The position numbers and the translations under genes were made by a program. From assembly GCA_965249725.1 (NCBI GenBank), contig CBDFMQ010000002.1:384001-448000 (forward strand): a DNA stretch of 64,000 bases, written 5' to 3'. The notes beneath the pieces are model-generated. The model was not told the origin of the DNA. It did no database searches and saw nothing but the letters and a program-made list of their open reading frames with translations. Each line of letters starts with the position of its first letter. The first letter of the stretch is position 1. This document shows positions 37,735 to 46,366 of the stretch, one piece after another. The DNA comes from Longimicrobiales bacterium (GTDB lineage Bacteria; Gemmatimonadota; Gemmatimonadetes; Longimicrobiales; Gaopeijiaceae).

Positions 37735-38655
37735 AAGCCACGCATGGATCCCGACGTTACTCGCTTTCTCGGGTACCTCGAGCATCAGCGCCGGTTGTCA
37801 CCCCGCACCGTTGTGTCCTACCGAAAGGACCTCACGGATCTCGCCACGTTTCTGGATGAGCACATCGGTGGTTCGGGTTGGACCTGGGCGGGCATCGACC
37901 GCCTCGATCTGCGTGGGTTCATGGGCTGGTGCGGCCGAAAGGGGCTGGGACGTCGCACGGTAGCGAGAAAACTCTCGGCGGTGCGGACGTTCTACCGGTT
38001 CCTGAACCTCGAGGAGCGCCTCCCCGCCGATCCGACACGCGCCCTCAGGACTCCCAAGCTCGACAAGCCGCTCCCGGCGCACGCGACTCAGGCGGACCTG
38101 AGATCCGTCTTCGCCGTCGCCGAGGGTCGCGCTGCAGAGAACACAGCGGGGGGCACGAGGGACCTGGTCATCCTCGAGCTGCTTTACGGGAGTGGTCTCA
38201 GGTTGGCCGAGATCCATGGGCTGGACGTCGCTGACCTCGACCTGGGGAGAGAGCAGCTCAAAGTGCTGGGGAAGGGGCAGAAGGAGCGGATCGTCCCACT
38301 CACGGGCGCGTCACGTAGGGCAGTGGGACTGTACCTGCCTCGCCGCGACGAGGTGCGCCAAAGGCGCGGATCGTCGGAGAAGGCTCTACTCCTGAACCTG
38401 CGGGGCAACCGGCTCTCACGGCGATCGGTTCAGAAGATCGTACGACGCCTTCTGGATGATGCCGCGGCCGGCGAGGGCCTCTCGGCTCACTCTCTCCGTC
38501 ACAGCTTTGCGACCCACCTTCTGGACGCCGGAGCGGACCTCATGGCCGTGAAGGAGCTTCTCGGCCACGTGTCCCTGTCGACGACGCAGATCTACACCCA
38601 CACGTCCAAGGAGCGGCTCCGTAAGGTGTACCGAGACGCCCACCCACGGTCCTGA
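37729..38655 (+). CDS. xerC: Tyrosine recombinase XerC
   Basis: LLYGSGLRLAE, GKGQKER, HSLRHSFATH, ELLGHVSLSTTQIYTH, HPR; canonical topA-trmFO-xerC-hslVU context. Start uncertain (37696-37744). Confidence 0.92.
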   Translation: MGKPRMDPDVTRFLGYLEHQRRLSPRTVVSYRKDLTDLATFLDEHIGGSGWTWAGIDRLDLRGFMGWCGRKGLGRRTVARKLSAVRTFYRFLNLEERLPADPTRALRTPKLDKPLPAHATQADLRSVFAVAEGRAAENTAGGTRDLVILELLYGSGLRLAEIHGLDVADLDLGREQLKVLGKGQKERIVPLTGASRRAVGLYLPRRDEVRQRRGSSEKALLLNLRGNRLSRRSVQKIVRRLLDDAAAGEGLSAHSLRHSFATHLLDAGADLMAVKELLGHVSLSTTQIYTHTSKERLRKVYRDAHPRS

Positions 38656-38759
38656 GGTTTCAGGGGATCTTTCGCGGCCTGGATAGGGTTCAACCTCCCC
38701 CGCAGTTGGTGTATCGTTGAGGCCCGCTTCGAAACACCGGTGACGAGTCGAAGGAATAG

Positions 38760-39314
38760 ATGAACTATCCCACGGAAAAGCCGCCGATTCACGCGACGAC
38801 GATCGTTGCGGTACGCAGAGACGGCAAAGTCGCCCTTGGAGGTGACGGCCAGGTCACGATGGGCGATTCCGTCGTGAAGAATACCGCCCAGAAGGTGCGG
38901 ACCCTGCGAGACGGTAAGGTCCTCGTAGGATTCGCCGGGGCCGTGGCCGACGCGTTCACCCTCTTCGAGAAGCTCAAGGAGAAGCTGGAACGCTTTCCGG
39001 CCAACGCGACGAGGGCCGTCGTGGAGCTCGCCAAAGACTGGCGGATGGATCGCTATCTGCGGAGGCTCAACGCGCTCCTGCTCGTGGCGGATTCGGACCA
39101 TCTCTTTCTCGTCAGCGGTGAGGGCGAGGTCATCGAGCCCGACGACGATGTTCTCGCCATCGGGTCGGGGGGCTCGTACGCCATGGCCGCGGCCCGGGCC
39201 CTGATGGCCCATTCCGACCTATCGGCACCGGACACCGTCCGGAGAGCGCTGGAAATCGCCGGAGAAATCTGCATCTACACGAACATGCAGATCACCGTTC
39301 TGGAGCTCGAGTAG
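38760..39314 (+). CDS. hslV: ATP-dependent protease peptidase subunit HslV
   Basis: [35 protein letters not shown]. Confidence 0.96.
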   Translation: MNYPTEKPPIHATTIVAVRRDGKVALGGDGQVTMGDSVVKNTAQKVRTLRDGKVLVGFAGAVADAFTLFEKLKEKLERFPANATRAVVELAKDWRMDRYLRRLNALLLVADSDHLFLVSGEGEVIEPDDDVLAIGSGGSYAMAAARALMAHSDLSAPDTVRRALEIAGEICIYTNMQITVLELE

Positions 39315-39315
39315 C

Positions 39316-40839
39316 GTGGCCGACACTACGGCCGGGGTGCCCGAGGTTGTCCCCGCTTCGTCCAAGGTTGCCCCCGGATCGTCGGAGGTCCCAGAGGATG
39401 CCTGGCTGGACGAGTTGACGCCCCGTCAGATCGTAGGCGAGCTGGACAAGTACATCGTGGGGCAGGACGACGCGAAGAAGTCGGTGGCGATCGCGCTCCG
39501 AAATCGTTGGCGTCGTCAGCGCGTCGAGGAGGAGCTCCGAGACGAGATCGTCCCCAACAACCTGATCCTCATCGGCCCGACCGGGGTGGGCAAGACCGAG
39601 ATCGCGCGGCGCTTGGCGCGGCTGGCCGGGGCCCCCTTCGTGAAGGTCGAGGCCTCGAAGTACACCGAGGTCGGCTACGTGGGACGGGACGTGGAGTCCA
39701 TGATCCGCGACCTGGTGGACGTAGCCGTCAACATGGTGCGCGCGGAACGCGAGGACGAGGTGCAGGAAGTGGCCGAAGCTCGAGCCGAGGAGAAGCTTCT
39801 GGACCTCCTCCTTCCCGCCCCGGTGGCCACGCCCAGGGTCGAAACCGCGCCTGCGGGAAACGGAGAAGAGGTCAGGCCCCACGTCTTCGTGGTGGGCCCG
39901 GAGGGTGTCGAGGCGCGGGACAGCGACGAAGGGGACGATGCCGTGGAGGTTCGGCGTCAGCGGACCAGAGACAAGCTTCGAGGCTTGTTGCGTGATGGGA
40001 AGCTCGAAGAGCGCGAGGTGGAGATCGAGGTGTCGCAGACCGCCTCGTTGGAAGGTATGGTCGTCCCCATGGGCGGCGGCATGGACGGGATGGACCACAA
40101 CTTCACCGAGATGCTTCAGGACATGCTCCCGAAGCGGAAGAAGAAGCGGACCGTCACGCTCGCCGAGGCGCGTCGCATTCTCGTCCAGGACGAGCTCGAT
40201 CGCCTGGTCGACATGGATGAGGTGATCAACGAAGCCCTGGTCAGGGCCGAGGACATGGGCATCGTATTCCTCGACGAGATCGACAAGATAGCGGGGGACC
40301 GGGGTGGAACCGGGCCCGATGTGAGCAGGGAGGGTGTGCAGCGAGACATCCTGCCCATCGTCGAAGGCTCCACCGTCCAGACGAAGTACGGGCTGGTGCG
40401 TACCGACCACGTCTTGTTCATCGCGGCCGGTGCCTTTCATGTCGCCAAGCCCAGCGACCTCATCCCGGAGCTGCAGGGTCGTTTCCCGATCCGTGTCGAG
40501 CTCAAGAGCCTCGGCGAGGCCGAGTTCGTGCGCATCCTGCAGGAGCCGAAGAACGCCCTTGTACATCAATACAGCGCGCTCGTCGAGACGGAGGGTGCGT
40601 CGCTGGAGTTCAAATCGGACGGGGTGGCGGAAATCGCGAGGATCGCAGCCGTCTTGAACGACCAGATGGAGAACATCGGGGCCAGGCGGCTGCAGACGGT
40701 CATGACCACCCTGCTGGAATCGCTACTCTACGAGCTTCCGGAGGAAGGCGTGAGGGAGTTGGTGATCGATCGCGAGTTCGTGCAGGAGAACCTGAGCGCC
40801 ATCGTGGACGACGCGGACCTGAGGCGGTACATCCTGTAG
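39316..40839 (+). CDS. hslU: ATP-dependent protease ATPase subunit HslU
   Basis: [53 protein letters not shown]. Confidence 0.97.
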   Translation: MADTTAGVPEVVPASSKVAPGSSEVPEDAWLDELTPRQIVGELDKYIVGQDDAKKSVAIALRNRWRRQRVEEELRDEIVPNNLILIGPTGVGKTEIARRLARLAGAPFVKVEASKYTEVGYVGRDVESMIRDLVDVAVNMVRAEREDEVQEVAEARAEEKLLDLLLPAPVATPRVETAPAGNGEEVRPHVFVVGPEGVEARDSDEGDDAVEVRRQRTRDKLRGLLRDGKLEEREVEIEVSQTASLEGMVVPMGGGMDGMDHNFTEMLQDMLPKRKKKRTVTLAEARRILVQDELDRLVDMDEVINEALVRAEDMGIVFLDEIDKIAGDRGGTGPDVSREGVQRDILPIVEGSTVQTKYGLVRTDHVLFIAAGAFHVAKPSDLIPELQGRFPIRVELKSLGEAEFVRILQEPKNALVHQYSALVETEGASLEFKSDGVAEIARIAAVLNDQMENIGARRLQTVMTTLLESLLYELPEEGVRELVIDREFVQENLSAIVDDADLRRYIL

Positions 40840-40869
40840 CGTCGGGGTCGACGACCCCTCTCGTGCCGC

Positions 40870-41214
40870 CTACAGATCGAGGACGAGCTTCAAGCCTGCG
40901 TTGACATGGGCCATCAGCTCAGGAGTGATTCGCCCCGCTCGCTCCGAGAGATAGGCCTCGTCCAAGGCGACGATCTGCGTGACGTTGGCCACCGAGTCCT
41001 TGGTCAGGCCGCTTACTTTGGCCGGAAGAAGGACGTTGCCCGGAGCGTCCAGGAGTCGGGTGTTCGAGGTCAGGACGATGCCCAGAACGGTCCGTAGTCG
41101 GCTCCGGTTGAAGGAGTCTGCCTGCACTACCAGGAGGGGGCGACGAAAGCCCGGCTCCGAGCCACGGGGTGCATCGAGATCTGCCCACCACACCTCGCGG
41201 CGCAGTACTACCAC
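40870..41214 (-). CDS. mazF: PemK/MazF family toxin
   Basis: EVWWADL, GSEPGFRRPLLVVQADSFN, LTSN, APGNV, SGLTKDSVANVTQI. Confidence 0.9.
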   Translation of the reverse strand: MVVLRREVWWADLDAPRGSEPGFRRPLLVVQADSFNRSRLRTVLGIVLTSNTRLLDAPGNVLLPAKVSGLTKDSVANVTQIVALDEAYLSERAGRITPELMAHVNAGLKLVLDL

Positions 41215-41444
41215 TCGTCGGAACTCACACTTCTGGCCTGGGCGGTACGGAGCGTCGGGTCGATGCCGCTGGGTGCGTCCGCGAAGACATCGTTCAATCT
41301 GGAGGTAACGTCCTCGTCACGGTGCTTTGCCAGGTACTCGGCGACCGCCGTAGCGTAGAGCTTGCTTCTGGATAAGCCTAAGCGTTCTGCGAGGGCGTCG
41401 GCAGATGCGAAAAGGTCATCGGGGAGAGAGACGGCAGTTTTCAT
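41208..41444 (-). CDS. Ribbon-helix-helix antitoxin (ChpI/MazE-like)
   Basis: MKTAVSLPDDLF..ADALAERLGLSRSKLY; its stop overlaps the toxin start. Confidence 0.88.
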   Translation of the reverse strand: MKTAVSLPDDLFASADALAERLGLSRSKLYATAVAEYLAKHRDEDVTSRLNDVFADAPSGIDPTLRTAQARSVSSDEW

Positions 41445-41467
41445 ACTGGAAGTATACTACGGTATGA
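41441..41467 (-). promoter_or_regulatory. TA promoter/operator: -10 TATACT just upstream of the ATG, inside ATAC..GTAT inverted repeats
   Basis: The minus strand reads TCATAC-CGTA-GTATAC-TTCCA-GTATGA, and no Shine-Dalgarno sequence precedes the ATG. Confidence 0.6.
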
Positions 41468-41619
41468 CCAGTCACGACAACTCCCACCGAAGAGGCCAGG
41501 GGAGACCCCGAATTCCTTTGAATGCTAGCATATGCTCGCCCGCCCCACCCGAGTTCATGAGGCTCGGATAGGGCGGGCGTAGCCGGTCGCGACGGACAGG
41601 CTGTAGGGAGGACTCCCTG

Positions 41620-42072
41620 CTAGAGGGTCTGCTCGCGGATATCGAAGCTCGATGTCGAGGCATCACGCAGAGCCCGGAACACGACCACGGGCTGGCTGTC
41701 GCTCGAGAAGTGGATGTCGTCGGTCTGGAACGCCAGCCTCGCCTCACCGGCTGAGGCTGAGAGGAGCTCAGCTCCGGACCCGTCCGCCTCGAGATCGAGG
41801 TAATCGAAGCTCGAACGGTCCCAGGTCAGCACGACCTGGTATTCGCCCTCTCCCGCCAGCCGCTGACCCGAAATGGCCAGTTCCACCCGAACCATCTCAC
41901 CCGCTTCGGCCTGGGCGCTGGACACATAGAACGTGATTCCCTGGTCCGCCGACTGCACGGCGTCGGAGATACTCTCCGGCGCTATCACCGAGCTGTCGCA
42001 GGCCATCAATCCGGCCACCAGAGCCAATGCCATCGCACCCTGTCCGAGCCTTCTACCGTTCACGTTTTTCAT
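41620..42072 (-). CDS. Lipoprotein with cohesin-like beta-sandwich domain
   Basis: Lipobox GLMA|C; AGEMVRVELAI, YQVVLTWDRSSFDY, VVFRAL; RBS AGGAG. Confidence 0.6.
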   Translation of the reverse strand: MKNVNGRRLGQGAMALALVAGLMACDSSVIAPESISDAVQSADQGITFYVSSAQAEAGEMVRVELAISGQRLAGEGEYQVVLTWDRSSFDYLDLEADGSGAELLSASAGEARLAFQTDDIHFSSDSQPVVVFRALRDASTSSFDIREQTL

Positions 42073-42104
42073 GATGATCTCCTGGCAGGTGGAGCGGCGT
42101 CGTT

Positions 42105-42149
42105 GCCGTTCTCATACCACACACAGGAAACCGTGCACGGGCGTGCTCA
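42105..42149 (-). promoter_or_regulatory. Conserved promoter-like motif, copy 1
   Basis: Minus strand TGAGCAC-N11-GTTTCCTGTGTGTGGTATGAGAACGGC; matches 54752-54796. Confidence 0.7.
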
Positions 42150-42237
42150 TCGGAGTCGGCCTTTCGCCGTCGGAAGTGAGTCGCTATCCCTCAGACGCCC
42201 TCCCCAGGGGCAGACCGAGGGGGCTCTGTTGAGCGAT

Positions 42238-42801
42238 ATGGACACCATCTCGCTGCTGCGCATGGCAGCGACCGGCGACTTACATGCTCGGGATCAGGCG
42301 TGGGCCCGTGTATATGACGAAGTACTGGTCGTCGCTCGCGCCCAAAGACGCCGCTGGAGTGGCGACTGGACCATGGAGACCCGGGTCCTCGCCAACGAGG
42401 TCTTCATCAAGGTCTTTGGTGACAATCCCCCGGAACTGAAGGACCGAAAGCACTTCTTCACGTTGTTGGCGAAGGCCGTCCGGCAGATTCTGGTCAACTA
42501 CTCGGAGGCACGCCGCGCCGCGAAGAGGGGAGGAGGACAGGCTCAAGTCACACTGTCGGAGGCGGGCGGCCTGTCGCTCGAGCCCGAGGTGTCGGATCGG
42601 ATCCTGGACCTGCACTCCGCGCTCAAGCGCTTCGAGTCGTTGGACGCGCGAGCTGCACGCATCGTGGAGCTTCGTTTCTTCGCTGGGCTGAACTACGACG
42701 AGATCGCGTCCGCATTGGGAGTATCACGCGCCACCGCGGTGCGTGACTGGGAAGCGGCCAAGCTCTGGCTCCATCGTGAGATGGGCGGGGCACCGGCATG
42801 A
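42238..42801 (+). CDS. ECF sigma factor of the kinase-associated (TIGR02999-like) type
   Basis: VYDEVLVVARAQ, DRKHFF, RQILVN, RRAAKRGGG, IVELRFFAGL, EIASALGVSRATAVRDW. Confidence 0.9.
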   Translation: MDTISLLRMAATGDLHARDQAWARVYDEVLVVARAQRRRWSGDWTMETRVLANEVFIKVFGDNPPELKDRKHFFTLLAKAVRQILVNYSEARRAAKRGGGQAQVTLSEAGGLSLEPEVSDRILDLHSALKRFESLDARAARIVELRFFAGLNYDEIASALGVSRATAVRDWEAAKLWLHREMGGAPA

Positions 42802-43907
42802 CCTCCGACGAGGCGGCGTTGTGGCAGCGCGCCAGGGCCGTGCTTGAACTGACCCTCTCCCAGCCCGAAGATACGCGCCGTCGCTTCGTTCTCGAGACAT
42901 GCGACCAGGACCCGGAGCTGGTAACGGAGGTGCTATCGCTCCTCGAGTCCGAAGGTGGCTCGGAGACCTTCTTCGACCAGCTCGGTAGCGCCATCGACGA
43001 CGGCCTGGCCGGGGCAGAGGAGCCGGATCCTTGGTTGGGTCGATCTGTGGGCCCTTATCGGATTGTGGAGCTTCTCGGGCGAGGCGGGATGGGATCGGTA
43101 TACAAGGCCGAGCGGGAGGGAAGCTCGGGGGAGCCTCCTGTCGCGATCAAGATTCTCAGAAGCGAGTCGGAGCATCCAACCTCTCGCGAACGGTTCCTGC
43201 GTGAACGCGACAGACTTGCCGGACTCGACCATCCTTATATAGCCCGCATTCTGGATACCGGTGAGGGCGAATCAGGCGTCCCGTTCTACTGCATGGACCT
43301 CGTTGAAGGTGAGCGGATCGACCACTACGCGGATCGGCATCGCTTGAGCGTAGCACCGCGCATAAGGCTGATCCTCAAGGTGTGCGACGCCGTAGTCCAC
43401 GCCCACGCACGGCAAGTCATCCACCGAGATCTCAAGCCCTCGAACATTCTTGTTCGATCAACGGGCGAGCCGAGCCTGGTGGACTTCGGCATCGCCAAGC
43501 TCTTGGATCCCGTGACACAAGGTGACCCCACACTATCGTTGCAGGCGGCGGCCTACACTCCGGGTTATGCGAGTCCGGAGCACGTGGTAGGTGACTCCGT
43601 TTCTGCAGCCAGCGATGTCTATTCGCTGGGTGTGCTCCTCTACGTGGTCCTGGCGGGGGCGGAGCCTTCACTCAAGCGCAGTCTGGACCGGCAGTCACCC
43701 GCGGAGGTGCTACAGCTGAAGGGGGAAAAGGCGACGGCCCTGGCGGCGGCTCGTGCCGCGACCGTGGACGATTTGCTCGACACGTTCGAAGGAAGGCTCG
43801 GCGATGTGCTCTTGAAGGCTTGTCAGATGCGCCCCGAGCGGCGGTATCAGACGGTCGGTGAGTTGGTGCAGGCGCTGGAGAGCTACCTGGATTCCGTGAA
43901 AGACTAG
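42798..43907 (+). CDS. Hanks-type Ser/Thr kinase, ECF-coupled, kinase domain only
   Basis: N-terminal EVLSLL helical segment, LGRGGMGSVY, VAIK, HRDLKPSN, DFGIAK, TPGYASPE; no TM or TPR tail; ATGA overlap with the sigma gene. Confidence 0.9.
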   Translation: MTSDEAALWQRARAVLELTLSQPEDTRRRFVLETCDQDPELVTEVLSLLESEGGSETFFDQLGSAIDDGLAGAEEPDPWLGRSVGPYRIVELLGRGGMGSVYKAEREGSSGEPPVAIKILRSESEHPTSRERFLRERDRLAGLDHPYIARILDTGEGESGVPFYCMDLVEGERIDHYADRHRLSVAPRIRLILKVCDAVVHAHARQVIHRDLKPSNILVRSTGEPSLVDFGIAKLLDPVTQGDPTLSLQAAAYTPGYASPEHVVGDSVSAASDVYSLGVLLYVVLAGAEPSLKRSLDRQSPAEVLQLKGEKATALAAARAATVDDLLDTFEGRLGDVLLKACQMRPERRYQTVGELVQALESYLDSVKD

Positions 43908-43942
43908 TGGCAGCCCGCACACATTAGGCGCATGTTAAGGCG

Positions 43943-46366
43943 ATGTCTGATCCCGTTACCCGCCTGAACGCAGCCCTAGAAGGCCGCTACGCCATCGAGC
44001 GTGAGCTGGGCGAAGGCGGGATGGCTACGGTGTACCTGGCCAAGGACCTAAAGCACAACCGCAACGTCGCGCTCAAGGTGCTTAAGCCAGAGCTCGCGGC
44101 GGTAGTCGGCGCCAAGCGGTTTCTCGCCGAGATCGAGACCACCGCGAACCTCCAGCACCCCCACATCCTGCCGCTCTTCGATTCCGGCGAGGCAGATTCG
44201 TTCCTCTTCTATGCCATGCCGTACGTGGAGGGAGAGACCCTGCGGGAAAAGCTGGACCGCGAGCATCAGCTCTCCGTGGACGAGGCGGTCAGGCTCACGA
44301 CGAATATCGCTGAAGCCCTGGAGACCGCTCACGAACAAGGCGTCGTCCACAGGGACATCAAACCCGCCAACATCCTACTAAGCCGGGGTAGCCCCCTCGT
44401 CGCGGACTTCGGGATCGCCCTGGCGGTCAGTTCGTCGGGTGGCGATCGCCTGACCGAGACCGGCTTGTCCATGGGCACGCCCTACTACATGAGCCCCGAG
44501 CAGGCCGCTGGGGAGAGCCATGTCGACGCGCGCAGCGATATCTACTCGCTGGCGGCGATGCTCTACGAGATGCTGGCGGGTGAGCCGCCCTATACGGGCC
44601 GGACCGCACAGGTCATCCTGACCAAACGAATCACGCAACCGGTCCCGTCGGTGCGAGACATCAGGGATAAGGTGCCCGCGAGCATCGACGGGACGCTCAA
44701 GCAGGCCCTTTCCCCGGTACCTGCCGATCGGTTCTCTACGACCGGCGAGTTCATCTCCTCGCTGACGACGTTGGTGGTGAGCGAAGCGAAGAAACCACTT
44801 CCCTGGAAGCCGTGGGCGGCAGCGGGTGTCGCGGCGACCGTGGTGAGCGCCATCGGGATCGGACTCGCGCTCACCCGCTCCGGCGGTGTGGGTCCCGCAG
44901 GGGTAGATGGCCGCGTGGGGGAGGACGGCCAGTCAACCGCGGAAGGCACGGCAACGGTCGCCAGCCAGGCCGGTGCCCCCGTAGAGATCATCGATCCGAA
45001 CTCTATAGTCGTGCTGCCGTTTCTGGACCTGTCGGGCCAGGATCAAGAGTTCATGTCGGACGGCATTGCCGCAGAGCTACTCACCCTGCTCGCCCGGATC
45101 CCGGGCTTGAAAGTTCCCTCACGGACCAGCGCGTTTTCTTTCAAGGATAAGGATCTGACCATTCCGGAGATCGCCGCGCAGCTCGGCGTCGCCCACGTGC
45201 TGGAGGGCACGGTGCGGATGGCGGGCGACGTCGTTCACATTACTGCGACGTTGATCGATCCACGGTCCGACGAGCAGCTCTTCTCCGAGGACTACGACCG
45301 CCCGCTCGACGACATCTTCACGGTTCAGGACGAGATCGCGGCCAGGGTCGCGTCCGAGCTCAGGATTGAGTTGCTCGGTGAGCTACCGCGGCAGCGCGAG
45401 ACCGACCCTGAGGCGTACAGGCTGTTCCTGCAGGCGAGCCATATCGCCGACTTGGGGTTGGTGGAGAGCCTCGAGACAGCCATCCCAATGTTCGAACGTG
45501 TGCTCGAGATCGACCCTAATTACGCTCCGGCCTACGTTGAGCTCTCCGCTGCGTACCGTGATCGGGGCTACAATGGCCCACGGTCCTATGAGGAGGGTCT
45601 CCAGATGGCTGTCAGCGCGGCGGAGCGTGCCGTCTCTTTGGACCCCGACTTTGCCTACGCTCATGCGATCCTCGGATCGACCATGGCTATGGGTGGCGAC
45701 TGGGAAGGCTTGAGACACGTCGAGCGGGCACTCGAGCTGGCGCCCACTGACACGGAGGTCCTCATGTTAGTGGGAATCAACCTCTGGGCTCTGGATCGTA
45801 TGGAAGAAGCCATCTTGGCGTTTGAATACGTTACAGAGCTCGACCCCCTGTATGGGAATAATTTTTACAACCTCGGCAACGCCTACATGTTGGCGGGTCG
45901 TCATGAGGACGCGGCGGCGACGCTCCGCACGCTATTGGAGCTGAATCCGTCGGAGCCCGATGCGCCTGGCGACCTTGGCCTGGCGTTGCTAGGGATGGGT
46001 GAGCTTGACGAGGCCCTGGCAATCGCTGAGTCGGCGACGGACGCTATACGCCGCCTTCATCTCTCGGCGCTGGCCTATCATGCACTTGGGCGACAATCCG
46101 AGTTTGAGACTGCGTTTCAAGAACTGCGAGGGGGATGGGGCGAATCGTTCCCGACCGTCATCGCAAGCGTGTATGCCTACACGGGAGATGTAGACGCTGC
46201 CTTCGAAATCATCGACCAGGTGGAATCTCTGGACCCCACTACCATCTTCGATCCGCTTTTCGCCAATCTTCATGACGATCCGCGCTGGACGGCGTTCCGT
46301 GAAAGAACAGGCCAGTCCGAGGAAGAGCTCGCGGCGATTCAGTTCGAGGTCAGTCTGCCGGGGTAA
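43943..46366 (+). CDS. Ser/Thr kinase with TM, TolB_N-like domain and TPR repeats
   Basis: Kinase motifs HRDIKPAN, DFG, GTPYYMSPE; TM WAAAGVAATVVSAIGIGLAL; SIVVLPF, SRTSAFSFK, IFTVQDEIA; TPRs; LHDDPRW. Confidence 0.92.
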   Translation: MSDPVTRLNAALEGRYAIERELGEGGMATVYLAKDLKHNRNVALKVLKPELAAVVGAKRFLAEIETTANLQHPHILPLFDSGEADSFLFYAMPYVEGETLREKLDREHQLSVDEAVRLTTNIAEALETAHEQGVVHRDIKPANILLSRGSPLVADFGIALAVSSSGGDRLTETGLSMGTPYYMSPEQAAGESHVDARSDIYSLAAMLYEMLAGEPPYTGRTAQVILTKRITQPVPSVRDIRDKVPASIDGTLKQALSPVPADRFSTTGEFISSLTTLVVSEAKKPLPWKPWAAAGVAATVVSAIGIGLALTRSGGVGPAGVDGRVGEDGQSTAEGTATVASQAGAPVEIIDPNSIVVLPFLDLSGQDQEFMSDGIAAELLTLLARIPGLKVPSRTSAFSFKDKDLTIPEIAAQLGVAHVLEGTVRMAGDVVHITATLIDPRSDEQLFSEDYDRPLDDIFTVQDEIAARVASELRIELLGELPRQRETDPEAYRLFLQASHIADLGLVESLETAIPMFERVLEIDPNYAPAYVELSAAYRDRGYNGPRSYEEGLQMAVSAAERAVSLDPDFAYAHAILGSTMAMGGDWEGLRHVERALELAPTDTEVLMLVGINLWALDRMEEAILAFEYVTELDPLYGNNFYNLGNAYMLAGRHEDAAATLRTLLELNPSEPDAPGDLGLALLGMGELDEALAIAESATDAIRRLHLSALAYHALGRQSEFETAFQELRGGWGESFPTVIASVYAYTGDVDAAFEIIDQVESLDPTTIFDPLFANLHDDPRWTAFRERTGQSEEELAAIQFEVSLPG

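Noticed and set aside
37729..38655. Integrase mobilising the kinase island
   Set aside because: Sequence and the topA-trmFO-xerC-hslVU context indicate the housekeeping XerC.
42120..42131. CACACAGGAAAC (also at 54767-54778) matches the lacZ leader / M13-reverse primer region, suggesting vector contamination
   Set aside because: The following AGCTATGAC and the lac operator are absent, and the match is embedded in a longer motif shared by two native loci.
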